DNA of 64,000 bases, from NCBI GenBank assembly GCA_038040385.1, contig JBBPII010000021.1, forward strand, positions 36,614 to 100,613, given 5' to 3'. This document shows positions 1 through 8,565 of the stretch, piece by piece. The position numbers and the translations under genes are program-made. The notes below the pieces were generated by a model. The model was not told where the DNA came from, made no database searches, and was given only the letters and a program-made list of their open reading frames with translations. Positions within the stretch are counted from its first letter, which is position 1, and every line of letters starts with the position of its first letter. Source of the DNA: Candidatus Gilichinskyi gelida. Its GTDB lineage: Bacteria > Acidobacteriota > Thermoanaerobaculia > Gp7-AA8.

Positions 1-323
1 TCTTGGATGATGGCGTATTCGATGCTGGCGATGTCGAACGGGCTGGCGACGTTGCCCGCCGTCCGCACCACGAAGAGCTTCCCGATCGTTTGATTGAACA
101 CCAGCTCCGGCGGCACGCGGCTGTCGGCGCACGAGAGGACGGTGACCGCCGGCTGCTGCCCACCCGGCAATCTCTTGCTGACGTCCAAAGTCAGACTGGG
201 GCCTGCCGCGAACTTCCCGTTTTCCTTGATCAGTTCATCCCAAATCAAAGAGGGCTGTTGTTGGGCCGAAAGCGGAAGCGCGAGTGAAAATGCAACGATG
301 ATGACGATCAGCGACCTGCGCAT
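1..323 (-). CDS. beta-class carbonic anhydrase; 3' end runs off the window start
   Basis: My own minus-strand translation from the ATG (cat at 321-323) gives MRRSLIVIIVAFSLALPLSAQQ (signal peptide), then ...VLSCADSRVPPELVFN...GKLFVVRTAGNV. This matches the beta-CA CxDSR and VxRxAGN motifs. It is missing from the ORF track because it is truncated by the window edge. Confidence 0.55.
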   Translation of the reverse strand, partial: MRRSLIVIIVAFSLALPLSAQQQPSLIWDELIKENGKFAAGPSLTLDVSKRLPGGQQPAVTVLSCADSRVPPELVFNQTIGKLFVVRTAGNVASPFDIASIEYAIIQ

Positions 324-368
324 TGACGAACCTCCCCTTCTTGTCTGAACGTTAGAGGGACACAAGCG

Positions 369-1043
369 ATGAAACCGCCCGATCTTACCCTCGCCAGCCC
401 CGTTCACCTGCTCGTCCTCATCGGCGGCGGCGAGTTCTCCTTCGGCGAGACGCGCGAAATCGACGAGTTCCTCATCCGCTCCATGCCCGCCGACCGCCGC
501 ACCGTCGCCTTCATCCCCGCCGCATCGGGGTCCGCCGAGTACGCCACGCACCTCGGCGCCTACTTCAAGCAGATCGATCCGACCGTGGAGACCATCAACG
601 TGCCGATCTATCGAGGACGCGATGCACGGCGGCAGAAAAATCTCAACCATCTTCTCGGCGCCGGGATGATCTACCTCGGCGGCGGCGTGACCAACAACCT
701 GCTCGGCACGCTGCACGAGTCGGCCGCCGACATCGCCATGCGCGACGCCGCCGCGAACGGCGCGGTGATCGCGGCCATCGGCGCCGCCGCGGCATGCTTC
801 GGCACCCACGCCCGCGACATGCGCGGCGTCACCACCTCCCTCCCCGCTCTCGGCTGGATCGCCGATACCGTCATCGACACCGCGTTCGACCCACAAAACG
901 ACACCGCGCTGCGGCGGCTGATGTCCATTCCCGGCACGCAGCTCGGACTGGGCATCCCGCCGTCGACGGCGGTGGCCATTCACGGCGACGGATCGACCGA
1001 AATCATCGGCGCCGGAAGCATCGCCGCGTTCCGGAAGGGTTAA
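369..1043 (+). CDS. peptidase S51 (cyanophycinase/peptidase E)-like protein, possibly non-catalytic
   Basis: LVLIGGGEF...FIPAASGS...IYLGGGVTNNLL...GAVIAAIGAAAACFG follows the S51 pattern (GGGNT and GTSAGA regions). The nucleophile Ser position reads Gly/Ala. Confidence 0.45.
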   Translation: MKPPDLTLASPVHLLVLIGGGEFSFGETREIDEFLIRSMPADRRTVAFIPAASGSAEYATHLGAYFKQIDPTVETINVPIYRGRDARRQKNLNHLLGAGMIYLGGGVTNNLLGTLHESAADIAMRDAAANGAVIAAIGAAAACFGTHARDMRGVTTSLPALGWIADTVIDTAFDPQNDTALRRLMSIPGTQLGLGIPPSTAVAIHGDGSTEIIGAGSIAAFRKG

Positions 1044-1054
1044 TCTTCACGTCT

Positions 1055-1768
1055 ATGCTGCCGTGGAAAGAAGCCGCCGTCGCCGAACGGAACGCTCGCC
1101 AGGAGCTGCTGCGCCTCTTCCGCGGGCAGTCGCACGACCTGAAGTCGCCGCTCTTCGTCATCCAGGGATTCATCGAGCTGCTGCTCGCCGATCACGCCGA
1201 CAAACTCGACGAGGAAGGGCAGGATTTTCTCGGCCGCATCCGCGGCAGCAGCGATCAGATGAAGAAGGTCATCGATGAGATCTCCCACATCGTGAAGCTG
1301 CTCTCGCGACCGAACGCGTCGCGGCCCACGCCGCTGCGCGAGATCGTCGAGGAGGCCCTGCTCAAATACAACTATCTGATCGATGAGGGCGGCGTGCGCG
1401 TGGACCTCCCGGCCGATTTGCCGACCGTCAACGTCGATGAAGAGAAGATGCGCGAGGCCATCGGCGCGCTGATCTCCAACGCACTCTCGTTCAATGACCG
1501 CCCCAAGGGCGAGCGCACCATCGCCATCGACTGCAGCGCCGACCCCGCCGGCTACCGCCTCTCGGTGCGCGACAACGGGATGGGCATCGATCCCCGCTAC
1601 ACCCACCAGATCTTCGACCTCGGCCTCAAGCTCGACAAATCGCGCGGCGGCGGCCCCGGCTACGGCCTCTACCTCGCCAAACGCATCGCCGAAGGGCACG
1701 GCGGGTCGATCAACGTGGAGAGCGCGCTGGAGCAAGGGAGCACGTTTTCGATGACGATCCCGAGGTAG
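1055..1768 (+). CDS. soluble sensor histidine kinase (HisKA + HATPase_c only)
   Basis: H-box SHDLKSPL and N/G-box ...RDNGMGIDP...GGGPGYGLYLAKRIAEGHGGSI. There is no TM or sensor domain. The ATG at 1055 is in frame with ORF 794..1768. Confidence 0.8.
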   Translation: MLPWKEAAVAERNARQELLRLFRGQSHDLKSPLFVIQGFIELLLADHADKLDEEGQDFLGRIRGSSDQMKKVIDEISHIVKLLSRPNASRPTPLREIVEEALLKYNYLIDEGGVRVDLPADLPTVNVDEEKMREAIGALISNALSFNDRPKGERTIAIDCSADPAGYRLSVRDNGMGIDPRYTHQIFDLGLKLDKSRGGGPGYGLYLAKRIAEGHGGSINVESALEQGSTFSMTIPR

Positions 1769-1797
1769 TTGTCAGTTGCCAGTTCCCCGTTGCAACG

Positions 1798-2298
1798 CTA
1801 CGGCAGCGGCTCCTCGCCCGGCAGAGCGATGATGCGGACGTAAACCCAGCGGTCCTCGGCCACGTCGACGCCGAGGGCCCGGGCGGCGGACTGCGAGAGG
1901 TCGATGGCGAACTTCTTCACGTAGGGGCCGCGGTCGTTCACCCGCACGCGGATCGACTTCCCGGTCGCGCGCGACCTCAGCTCCAGCCAGCAGCCGAGAG
2001 GGAGGGTCAGGTGCGCAGCGGTCAACCGCCGGTGGCGGTAGCGCTCACCGTTGGCGGTCAGCGTCCCTTCCAACGACGTCGAGTAGTAACTGGCCAGGCC
2101 GCCGAGGCGGTGCTTGACGGCCAGCGCGGCGTATTTCAACAGGCGAAGCTTGAACGGGGCGGGCGTGACGACGGGGGCGGGCGGCGGGGCGGGCTCGGGG
2201 CGGAGCCGGTAGTGATCCTCGCAGAGGAAGGACTGTGCCTGCGCCGCCGACGCGCCCAATAACATGATTACGACCAGAAACCTCATAAGCGCAACCAT
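1798..2298 (-). CDS. rlpA: RlpA-like septal-ring lytic transglycosylase (DPBB domain) lipoprotein
   Basis: Signal peptide MRFLVVIMLLGASAAQA. The DPBB-like core is ...TANGERY...LTAAHLTLPLGCWLELR...SIRVRVNDRGPY. Confidence 0.7.
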   Translation of the reverse strand: MVALMRFLVVIMLLGASAAQAQSFLCEDHYRLRPEPAPPPAPVVTPAPFKLRLLKYAALAVKHRLGGLASYYSTSLEGTLTANGERYRHRRLTAAHLTLPLGCWLELRSRATGKSIRVRVNDRGPYVKKFAIDLSQSAARALGVDVAEDRWVYVRIIALPGEEPLP

Positions 2299-2344
2299 CT
2301 AAACATGTTTTAGCGGGCTCGGCCAAACTGGCACCTAACTTCTT

Positions 2345-3262
2345 ATGGATGAGCCGGTTATCGTGGCGCCTCGATTGCAAATAATCGTCAACATGGGTGA
2401 GCTGAAGACGTCCCGGCCATTTCAGCAGCGCTTTCTCGATGGCTACGACCGCCATGAACTTCGAAGTGAGGTCAGGAAGGTCAAACCGAAGCGTTCGCTG
2501 AGCGGTTTACGCAAAAAGTACGCGCCCTGGGCGCTCGGCGGAGCGCTGGCCATCGGCGGGATGGGAATCCCACTGAAGATCGGTCAAATGCTGAAGGACA
2601 CGCAGACGCCAGCGACCCGGCAGGCGCCCGACGGGGAGCCGGAAAAAGCCACCACCAGGCAAATCGAGAGCGACCTCAGCAGCGCGCAGCGCATCGCGTC
2701 CGCGGTTGCCGGCGGCGTCAGCAGCGCGGTGCAGGACGTCGCAGCGACGGTTGCGCCCACCAACGTGGCGGAAAGAGTCGCCGAGGCGCCGGTGAAACTG
2801 GCGCTGATGACCGAGGACGTGAAGCACGCCTTCTTCAAGGCGGAGATTCCGTTCGGGTCGCTGATCTACAGCGAGGCGAAGAAGAACAACCTCCCGCCTG
2901 AGCTGGTCGCCGCGGTGGCGCACACGGAGTCGAAGTTCGTTCCCACCGCGCGCTCGCACGCCGGCGCGGTTGGACTGATGCAGCTCGTCCCCCGCACCGG
3001 GCGGTGGCTGGGCGCGAAGAATCTCACCGATCCCGTGCAGAACGTTCAGGCGGGGGCGAAGTACCTTCGCTACCTGACCGACCGCTTCGACGGCAACACG
3101 CAAAAAGCGATCGCCGCCTACAACGCCGGCGAGGGCAACGTGCGTCGCTTCGGCGGCATCCCGCCGTTCCGCGAAACGCGAAACTACGTCTCGCGCGTAC
3201 AGAACTACCAGCGCGACCTCGGCGCGCGGTTCGACAACCACGTCGCGGGCCTCAGCGAGTAG
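2345..3262 (+). CDS. lytic transglycosylase (SLT domain)
   Basis: SLT catalytic region VAHTESKFVPTARSHAGAVGLMQLVP...AYNAGEGNV. The start is uncertain; an alternative is MGELK near 2393. Confidence 0.8.
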   Translation: MDEPVIVAPRLQIIVNMGELKTSRPFQQRFLDGYDRHELRSEVRKVKPKRSLSGLRKKYAPWALGGALAIGGMGIPLKIGQMLKDTQTPATRQAPDGEPEKATTRQIESDLSSAQRIASAVAGGVSSAVQDVAATVAPTNVAERVAEAPVKLALMTEDVKHAFFKAEIPFGSLIYSEAKKNNLPPELVAAVAHTESKFVPTARSHAGAVGLMQLVPRTGRWLGAKNLTDPVQNVQAGAKYLRYLTDRFDGNTQKAIAAYNAGEGNVRRFGGIPPFRETRNYVSRVQNYQRDLGARFDNHVAGLSE

Positions 3263-3542
3263 CCGGCGACTACAATGGCCCGCATGTCGGGCAAACGGCT
3301 GCTCGTCGGCGTCATCGTCATGGGCGTGCTCGTTCCATTGGCGATCTTCTACCTGCTAGGCCTCGATTCGCTCGGCCAGCTCTTCGCCATCGCCGCCACG
3401 ACCTTCACCGGCTGGGGAACCGCCGACCTCTTCGCCCATCCTGGAGCGTCCACGGTTGAAAGACCGCTCGCCGGGGGCATGCGTTTCGGGAGGATTGGGA
3501 GCGACGACGGGGCGAGTGACGGGTTAGAGAACCCGTCCCACA

Positions 3543-5108
3543 TCACATCCAGTCCGCCATCCTCTGAAGCAACTGATCGATGCTCAAGAGCCGCTCGGCG
3601 CCGTCGGACTCGCGGCGGAAGACAGCGTGGTACCACCCCTTCATCCCCACCGGGCGGTAGACGTCGTTGCCGAAGCGGAGCTTGCCGCCGGAGACGAGCT
3701 TGAGGAAGACCTGCTCGTAGGCGGAGCGGGTGAGGCGGCGGTCGGGGAACGGGACGCTGTACTGCTTGCGGCGGCGGTCGGCGCTGCGGCGGCGCTCGCG
3801 CGGGGTGGAAGCGCGCGGAGGCAGGAGGGCGGTGCCGCGACGGTCGAGGTACGGCGTCGGGCGCGGCGGGACCAGCCGGCCGGGCGTGTCGTTGCGACGG
3901 CGCGACGCGCGCGGCGGCGGCAGGAGCGATACGCGTTTCGGATCCTTCGTCGCGCTCACCGTCTCCAGCTCGGTGGTGAACGTCCGGCGCGCCTTTTCCC
4001 GCTCGACCACGTACTCGTCGATCGACTGACGCTCCCACGCCTGGCGCTTCTGCTGGAGCAGCGCCATCTCCGTCTCGTAGTCCTTCAGCTCGTGGATGAC
4101 CATCCCCCACTTGCAGAGGTTCCCGACGTCTTCGTACCCGGTGGGGCGGTCGATCAGCTCGAGCATCGACGGCGCGCGCCCCGAGAGGACCGCGAACAGC
4201 AGGCGCACGCTGAACGGATCGGCGTATTTGCGGATCATGTGGCGGAAGAACCACGCCACCTCGCCGGCGATGCAGCGCAGCGACTTCTTCTCGCCGTACT
4301 GCGTGGCCCAGATCGGCGCGTCGATGTCGGAGGTGTAGGGGCTCTGCGCGTAGTGGAAGTCCTTCGTCAGCCATCCCTTGCGCGTGGTGTGCTTTCCGGG
4401 GATGACGCCGGCGATGATCGGAATCGGCAGCATGCGCAGGAGCGAGAGCTCGTAGCTCGGCCACGACATCACCTCGCGCACGATGCCGACGATGAGCGTG
4501 GCGGTGGCGATCATCAGCCCCGGATCGGGGGTGAAGTCGACGGTGATCTCGATGCGGTTCCCGCGCGGCCGCACGCCGACGCCCGTCGAGCGGCGGTTGC
4601 CGCCCACCACCATCACCGGGACCGGAAGGATGTACGCGAGCAGAAGAGCGAGCTTTTGGATGTTGCGCCGGCGGTTCTGTTGCCGCCGGGGGATCTCGTA
4701 CGAGACGTTGTAATGGCTGCTGTACGCCTTGAGGCGGACGGTGTGGCCGTTTTGTTTCCCCCAGCGCGTGAGCTGATCGCGCACGAAGCCGATCTGCTCC
4801 CACAGATTCCGCACCATGCGCGCCGTCGACGCCGGCGCCAGCTCGATGACCGGCGTGACCACCTCGATCACGCCGCGGTCGAAGTAGACCGCGCCGCCGG
4901 TGGGGAGCTGCAATGACGACTTCTCCCGGACGAGCAGCGGCCGGTCGATGAAACTGCTGGGGTGCTTCCAGTAAGCCTCTGGATTGATCTCTTGTTCGTC
5001 CAGCCAGACGTTGAACTCGGACTCCATGCCGATGACCGGCATGTCCAGCCATGTGCGCCGCGCCCGAAGTCGCTCGCTGGCAATTTCGTCTTTTAGATTC
5101 AAAGGCAT
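3543..5108 (-). CDS. GCS2-like (glutamate-cysteine-ligase family 2 / carboxylate-amine ligase-like) protein with a Pro/Arg-rich linker and a conserved C-terminal domain
   Basis: The N-terminus ...PVIGMESEFNV...GVIEVVTPVIE...HYNVSY resembles the GCS2 G-x-E-x-E, VEIATP and HVHVGV regions. The true start is MPLNLKDE (cat at 5106-5108); the longer 704-aa track ORF is an upstream extension. The family assignment is tentative. Confidence 0.4.
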   Translation of the reverse strand: MPLNLKDEIASERLRARRTWLDMPVIGMESEFNVWLDEQEINPEAYWKHPSSFIDRPLLVREKSSLQLPTGGAVYFDRGVIEVVTPVIELAPASTARMVRNLWEQIGFVRDQLTRWGKQNGHTVRLKAYSSHYNVSYEIPRRQQNRRRNIQKLALLLAYILPVPVMVVGGNRRSTGVGVRPRGNRIEITVDFTPDPGLMIATATLIVGIVREVMSWPSYELSLLRMLPIPIIAGVIPGKHTTRKGWLTKDFHYAQSPYTSDIDAPIWATQYGEKKSLRCIAGEVAWFFRHMIRKYADPFSVRLLFAVLSGRAPSMLELIDRPTGYEDVGNLCKWGMVIHELKDYETEMALLQQKRQAWERQSIDEYVVEREKARRTFTTELETVSATKDPKRVSLLPPPRASRRRNDTPGRLVPPRPTPYLDRRGTALLPPRASTPRERRRSADRRRKQYSVPFPDRRLTRSAYEQVFLKLVSGGKLRFGNDVYRPVGMKGWYHAVFRRESDGAERLLSIDQLLQRMADWM

Positions 5109-5177
5109 GCGAAGAACCCGGGGAGGAACGAGGACTGCGGCAAGGTCAATTGCAAACGGTAAACCAGCCGATTTGGA

Positions 5178-5233
5178 CCAATGCAGGACGGGCTTCAGCC
5201 CGTCGTCTCGTCCGGACGGGCTGAAGCCCGTCC
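5178..5233. repeat. Family C hairpin element, tandem pair (caatgcag-GACGGGCTTCAGCCCGTC-gtctcgtcc-GGACGGGCTGAAGCCCGTCC)
   Basis: Two 18-nt perfect hairpins (7-bp stem GACGGGC/GCCCGTC, 4-nt loop) in opposite loop orientation. The M15A gene stop TGA sits in the first loop. The pair lies between the M15A and GCS2-like genes and is a possible terminator. Confidence 0.8.
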
Positions 5234-5917
5234 TACATCGTCCCCCGCGCGCCGCTCCCGCCTCCTGCGGTCCTCGAACGCGAACCGCGGACGGGCTTCC
5301 TGCGGTACTTCCATCCTGTCCTCGCTGATCTCCCGGGGGACGACTGTGATGTAGCCGAGGTCGACGTGGACATGATCGTCGGCGGTGTTGCCGGTGACGT
5401 GGCCGAACGGATAGACGACGATGTCGTCTGAGACGCCCTCGGCCACTTCGTTGAACTTCTCGATCGTGTCCTTCGTCTTCAGGATGGTCGCGCCGATGCG
5501 GTAGACGTCGGCGGCGGTGCCCCACATGTGCGGCGTGGCGTGCGTCGACATCTTGTGCATCGGCGAGCGGTAGCCGCCGTTGACGGCGACGTGCACCGAG
5601 GCGCCGGCGGCGGCGCGGAACTGCTCGAGGTAGAACGCCAGCACGCGGACGGCGCACGGGATGTAGCGGGGAAACTGCTGGAGCCGCTCCGCCTCCCGGA
5701 GGTCGACGAGGATGAATTCGTTGAGGCCGAAGTGCGGCGTCAGGCGGATGGCCTGCGCCGCTTCGTGCGACGGTACTTCGTAGAAGTATCGCGGGAGGCG
5801 ATGGCGGCGTTTCTGTTCGTCGAGCAGCATTTCGCCCGGTTTGAGGAGGGTGCGCAGCTCGTCGTCGAGGTCGCAGGCGTCGATCACTTTGATCGACTCG
5901 CCAAGGCCGTCACTCAT
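5195..5917 (-). CDS. peptidase M15A-like (YcbK/DUF882 or VanY-type Zn D,D-peptidase fold) protein
   Basis: NGGYRSPMHK...STHATPHMWGTAADV...DHVHVDLGY corresponds to the SGYRS / SxHxxGxAxD / HxH zinc-ligand motifs. There is no signal peptide. The low-complexity tail runs into a hairpin repeat. Confidence 0.55.
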   Translation of the reverse strand: MSDGLGESIKVIDACDLDDELRTLLKPGEMLLDEQKRRHRLPRYFYEVPSHEAAQAIRLTPHFGLNEFILVDLREAERLQQFPRYIPCAVRVLAFYLEQFRAAAGASVHVAVNGGYRSPMHKMSTHATPHMWGTAADVYRIGATILKTKDTIEKFNEVAEGVSDDIVVYPFGHVTGNTADDHVHVDLGYITVVPREISEDRMEVPQEARPRFAFEDRRRRERRAGDDVGRASARPDETTG

Positions 5918-6809
5918 AGATCATTCCGGCGAGCGTGTTGAAGATGTCTCGCGAGACGTCGGCCACCGCCGTCCCCCGCCCGCCTTCCGCCGCGAACTGC
6001 GTGAGGATCACCAGGACGTACGGCTTCCGGTTCTCGAGGTAGACGATCCCCGCGTCGTGGTGGACGGTGGAGATGTTGCCGGTCTTGTGCGCCACGCGCG
6101 CCGCTTTCGGCAGTCCTGCGGGAATGCCGCTGCGGTACTGCTGCTCGAGCAGGATGTTGAGCATCTCGTCGCAAGCATGCTTCGAATATGCCTTCCCCTC
6201 GGCGATGAGGCGAAGCAGTTTGAGGAGTCCGGTCGCCGTCACCTCGTTGTTCAGGCCCGCCTCGAACGCCGCCTGATCCTCGACGCCGCGGAGAATGCGT
6301 ATCCCGTCGATGTCCAGCTCGTCGAGCGCCTTCTGGATGATGTCGATGCCGAGGATGTCGACCAGAAGGTTGGTGGCGAGATTGCTCGACTTGGTGATCA
6401 TCCAGTACGCCAGCTCGCGCACGGTGAGCGTCTTGCCGAGATGGCCGTAGACGTCGGGATCGGCGTCGCGGGCGAGGTCCAGCATGAACGGCTCCCGATT
6501 GACGATGCTGGTGAAGCGGTTGCGCACGTGCACCGCCGAGTCGAGCGACAGATCCCCGCGCTCCACCTGCCGGAAAACGCCGAGGAGCACGGCGAGCTTC
6601 ATCGTCGACGCGGCGTGGAAGTAGAAGTCGGCGTTGTACGACCATTGAATGGTCGTCTCGGCGTCGAAGAAGGAGATGCCGAGGTTCTCCAGCCCGTGCT
6701 GCTGCTTGATCTTCAGGACGTTGCGGTACAGCGAGACCTCGGACGCCGCGACGGAATCTTTCGGCGCCGCGAGCGGGATCTTTGCTTCGACTGCGGCCAT
6801 CAGAGCCAA
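5910..6809 (-). CDS. class A beta-lactamase-fold serine hydrolase (cytoplasmic, no signal peptide)
   Basis: It has the SxxK (ASTMK), SxN (KSSN), E...N (EAGLNNE) and KTG (HKTG) motifs in canonical order and spacing. Its stop overlaps the start of the M15A gene (ATGAGTGA). Confidence 0.75.
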   Translation of the reverse strand: MALMAAVEAKIPLAAPKDSVAASEVSLYRNVLKIKQQHGLENLGISFFDAETTIQWSYNADFYFHAASTMKLAVLLGVFRQVERGDLSLDSAVHVRNRFTSIVNREPFMLDLARDADPDVYGHLGKTLTVRELAYWMITKSSNLATNLLVDILGIDIIQKALDELDIDGIRILRGVEDQAAFEAGLNNEVTATGLLKLLRLIAEGKAYSKHACDEMLNILLEQQYRSGIPAGLPKAARVAHKTGNISTVHHDAGIVYLENRKPYVLVILTQFAAEGGRGTAVADVSRDIFNTLAGMIYE

Positions 6810-6833
6810 TGGTAAGCAAGTTTCGGGCAGACG

Positions 6834-7949
6834 CTAGCGGCCAATCGCGCGGAGGTAGCGCCCAATTCTTTCGATGCCCGTCCCGATCTCCTCCGGCGGC
6901 GCGGCGAATGAGATCCGCACGAAGCCCTCGCCGAGCGCGCCGAAGGCCACGCCGGGGATGACCAGCACTGCCGCGTCGGTGGCCAGCGCTTTGGCGAGAT
7001 AGAGCGTGTCGCACGTCGGCACCGGAGCGAAGGCGTAGAACGCGCCGGCAGGCGGCGGCACCTTCGCCTCCAGCTCGCGCTCGATGGCGTAAAGCGCCGC
7101 CTCGCGCTGGTCGCGGAATTGCGCGCGGACGCCCTCGAGCCACCCGGCGTTCCACGCGGCGTCGGCCAGGATCATTTCGGCCAGCGACTGCGAGAACGAC
7201 GAGGCGCACGTGGCGATGTACTGGTGCGCGGTGACGATCGGCTTCATCAGCGCCTCGCGCGCCATCACCCATCCGAGGCGCAGACCGGTCATCGAATGGC
7301 TCTTCGACATCCCGTCGACGACGATGAAGTTGTCCGACATCCCGCGCATCGTCGGCGGCGGCGCGTCGTACCAGATCTCGCGATAGATCTCGTCGGCCAC
7401 GACGAGAGGCCCGGCCTCGGCGATCGCTTTCAGAGTTTCCTCATCGACGACCGCGCCGAGCGGATTGGACGGCGAGTTGATGACGATCAACTTCGTGCGC
7501 GCCGTGATCTTCGACAGCACGGCGCCGGCGGTGAGGCGCCACTCCGGCGGCTCGATGTCGTACGCCACCGGCGTCGCGCCCGCCAGCCGCGCGAGCGTGG
7601 CGTAGGAGACGAAGCCGGGATTCGGCACCAGCACCTCGTCGCCGGGATCGACGAAGGCCTGGAAGATGGCGAAGAGCCCCTCCTGCGTCCCCGCCGTGAC
7701 GCAGATCTCGCTCTTCGGATCGAACGGCGTTCCAGCGACGAGCAGCTTGCGCAAAGCGAGCGAGCCGGCGTTCGGCGTGTAGTGCCACGAGCCGGTGGTC
7801 GCCGCGCGGCGGGCGAAGTCGCGCAGGGTCTGGTCAGGCTCGATGTTCGGCTCGCCGATGCCGAGGTTGGTCGACAGCGGCGTCGCCAGGGCGTTGATCT
7901 GCCGGATGAGCGAGATCTCGATTCCGTCCATCCGGCGCGCGGCTTTCAT
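6834..7949 (-). CDS. class I/II pyridoxal-phosphate aminotransferase (AspC-like)
   Basis: ...LVPNPGFVSY...KLIVINSPSNPLGAV...VDGMSKSHSMTGLRLGW... is a typical fold-type I aminotransferase with the Schiff-base Lys in SKS. The start is MKAARRMDG (cat at 7947-7949). Confidence 0.85.
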   Translation of the reverse strand: MKAARRMDGIEISLIRQINALATPLSTNLGIGEPNIEPDQTLRDFARRAATTGSWHYTPNAGSLALRKLLVAGTPFDPKSEICVTAGTQEGLFAIFQAFVDPGDEVLVPNPGFVSYATLARLAGATPVAYDIEPPEWRLTAGAVLSKITARTKLIVINSPSNPLGAVVDEETLKAIAEAGPLVVADEIYREIWYDAPPPTMRGMSDNFIVVDGMSKSHSMTGLRLGWVMAREALMKPIVTAHQYIATCASSFSQSLAEMILADAAWNAGWLEGVRAQFRDQREAALYAIERELEAKVPPPAGAFYAFAPVPTCDTLYLAKALATDAAVLVIPGVAFGALGEGFVRISFAAPPEEIGTGIERIGRYLRAIGR

Positions 7950-7986
7950 GGCTGAGACTATACTCACGCCTCTCGGGAGGAGTGAC

Positions 7987-8562
7987 ATGAACCGCATTCT
8001 TCTTCTGCTCTCCGTCGTGATTCTGATCATTGCCTGCAACAAGGCGCCCGAACAGACCACCTCCGCCACCGCACCACCCACCGCCACCACCGCCCCCACC
8101 GCCGCTTCGGCGACCTCGGAGGCCGCACCTGCAGCCGCATCGGCAACATCGGCTCCCGCCGCTGCCGCGCCGGCGGCCGCCGGCGCGATCGCCACGCAGG
8201 AGACGAACTGGAAGGGGATCTCCGCCGCTGTGACCGAGTTCCGGCGCAAGGGGAACACCCTGACGGCGAAAGTACAAATCGTGAATCACGGCTTGGAGAG
8301 TCCGCAGGCCGAAGTCAAATTCGATGAGGTCTATCTCATCGATACCAGCGCGGGGAAGAAATACAACGTGCTCCGGGACGAGAAGGGCGCCTACATCGCC
8401 TCGCTGAGAAGCGGGTGGGGAGATCGCTGGTACGACACGATGAAACCGGGCGAGTCGTATCTGCTGTGGATGAAGTTCCCCGCCCCGCCGCCCGAAGTCA
8501 AAGTCATCTCGCTGCAGCTCCCCAGCACGCCGCCGTTCGAGGACCTCAACATTCAGGAGTGA
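7987..8562 (+). CDS. lipoprotein with an Ala/Pro/Thr-rich linker and a C-terminal beta-rich domain
   Basis: Lipobox MNRILLLLSVVILIIAC, with an RBS GGAGG 8 nt upstream. It is followed 4 nt later by an OmpA-family gene. Confidence 0.6.
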   Translation: MNRILLLLSVVILIIACNKAPEQTTSATAPPTATTAPTAASATSEAAPAAASATSAPAAAAPAAAGAIATQETNWKGISAAVTEFRRKGNTLTAKVQIVNHGLESPQAEVKFDEVYLIDTSAGKKYNVLRDEKGAYIASLRSGWGDRWYDTMKPGESYLLWMKFPAPPPEVKVISLQLPSTPPFEDLNIQE

Positions 8563-8565
8563 GGC

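Noticed and set aside
3275-3703. 142-aa + strand ORF after the SLT gene
   Set aside because: Only the first ~60 residues look membrane-like. The remainder is low complexity and overlaps the C-terminus of the convergent GCS2-like gene by 160 nt. At most a small ~60-aa protein is plausible here; I did not call it.
3349-5052. Very long ORFs on both strands (3349..5052 -, 3627..4916 +, 5914..7272 -, 9318..10793 -, 12567..14132 +, 14455..16842 +, 15635..16816 -, 17788..18609 +, 18405..19571 -, 21668..23002 +, 22629..23552 -, 34915..36117 -, 40036..41478 -, 46486..48096 +, 48823..50319 -, 50525..52501 -, 57697..58722 +)
   Set aside because: Their translations are Arg/Pro/Gly/Ala-rich low-complexity strings typical of alternative frames in high-GC DNA. 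Each overlaps a gene with a clear family signature on the other frame or strand.
8030-8233. ORF 8030..8233 (poly-Pro/Arg) and minus-strand ORF 7834..8949 inside the lipoprotein/OmpA genes
   Set aside because: These are alternative-frame artefacts of the Ala/Pro/Thr-rich linker-coding region of the lipoprotein gene.
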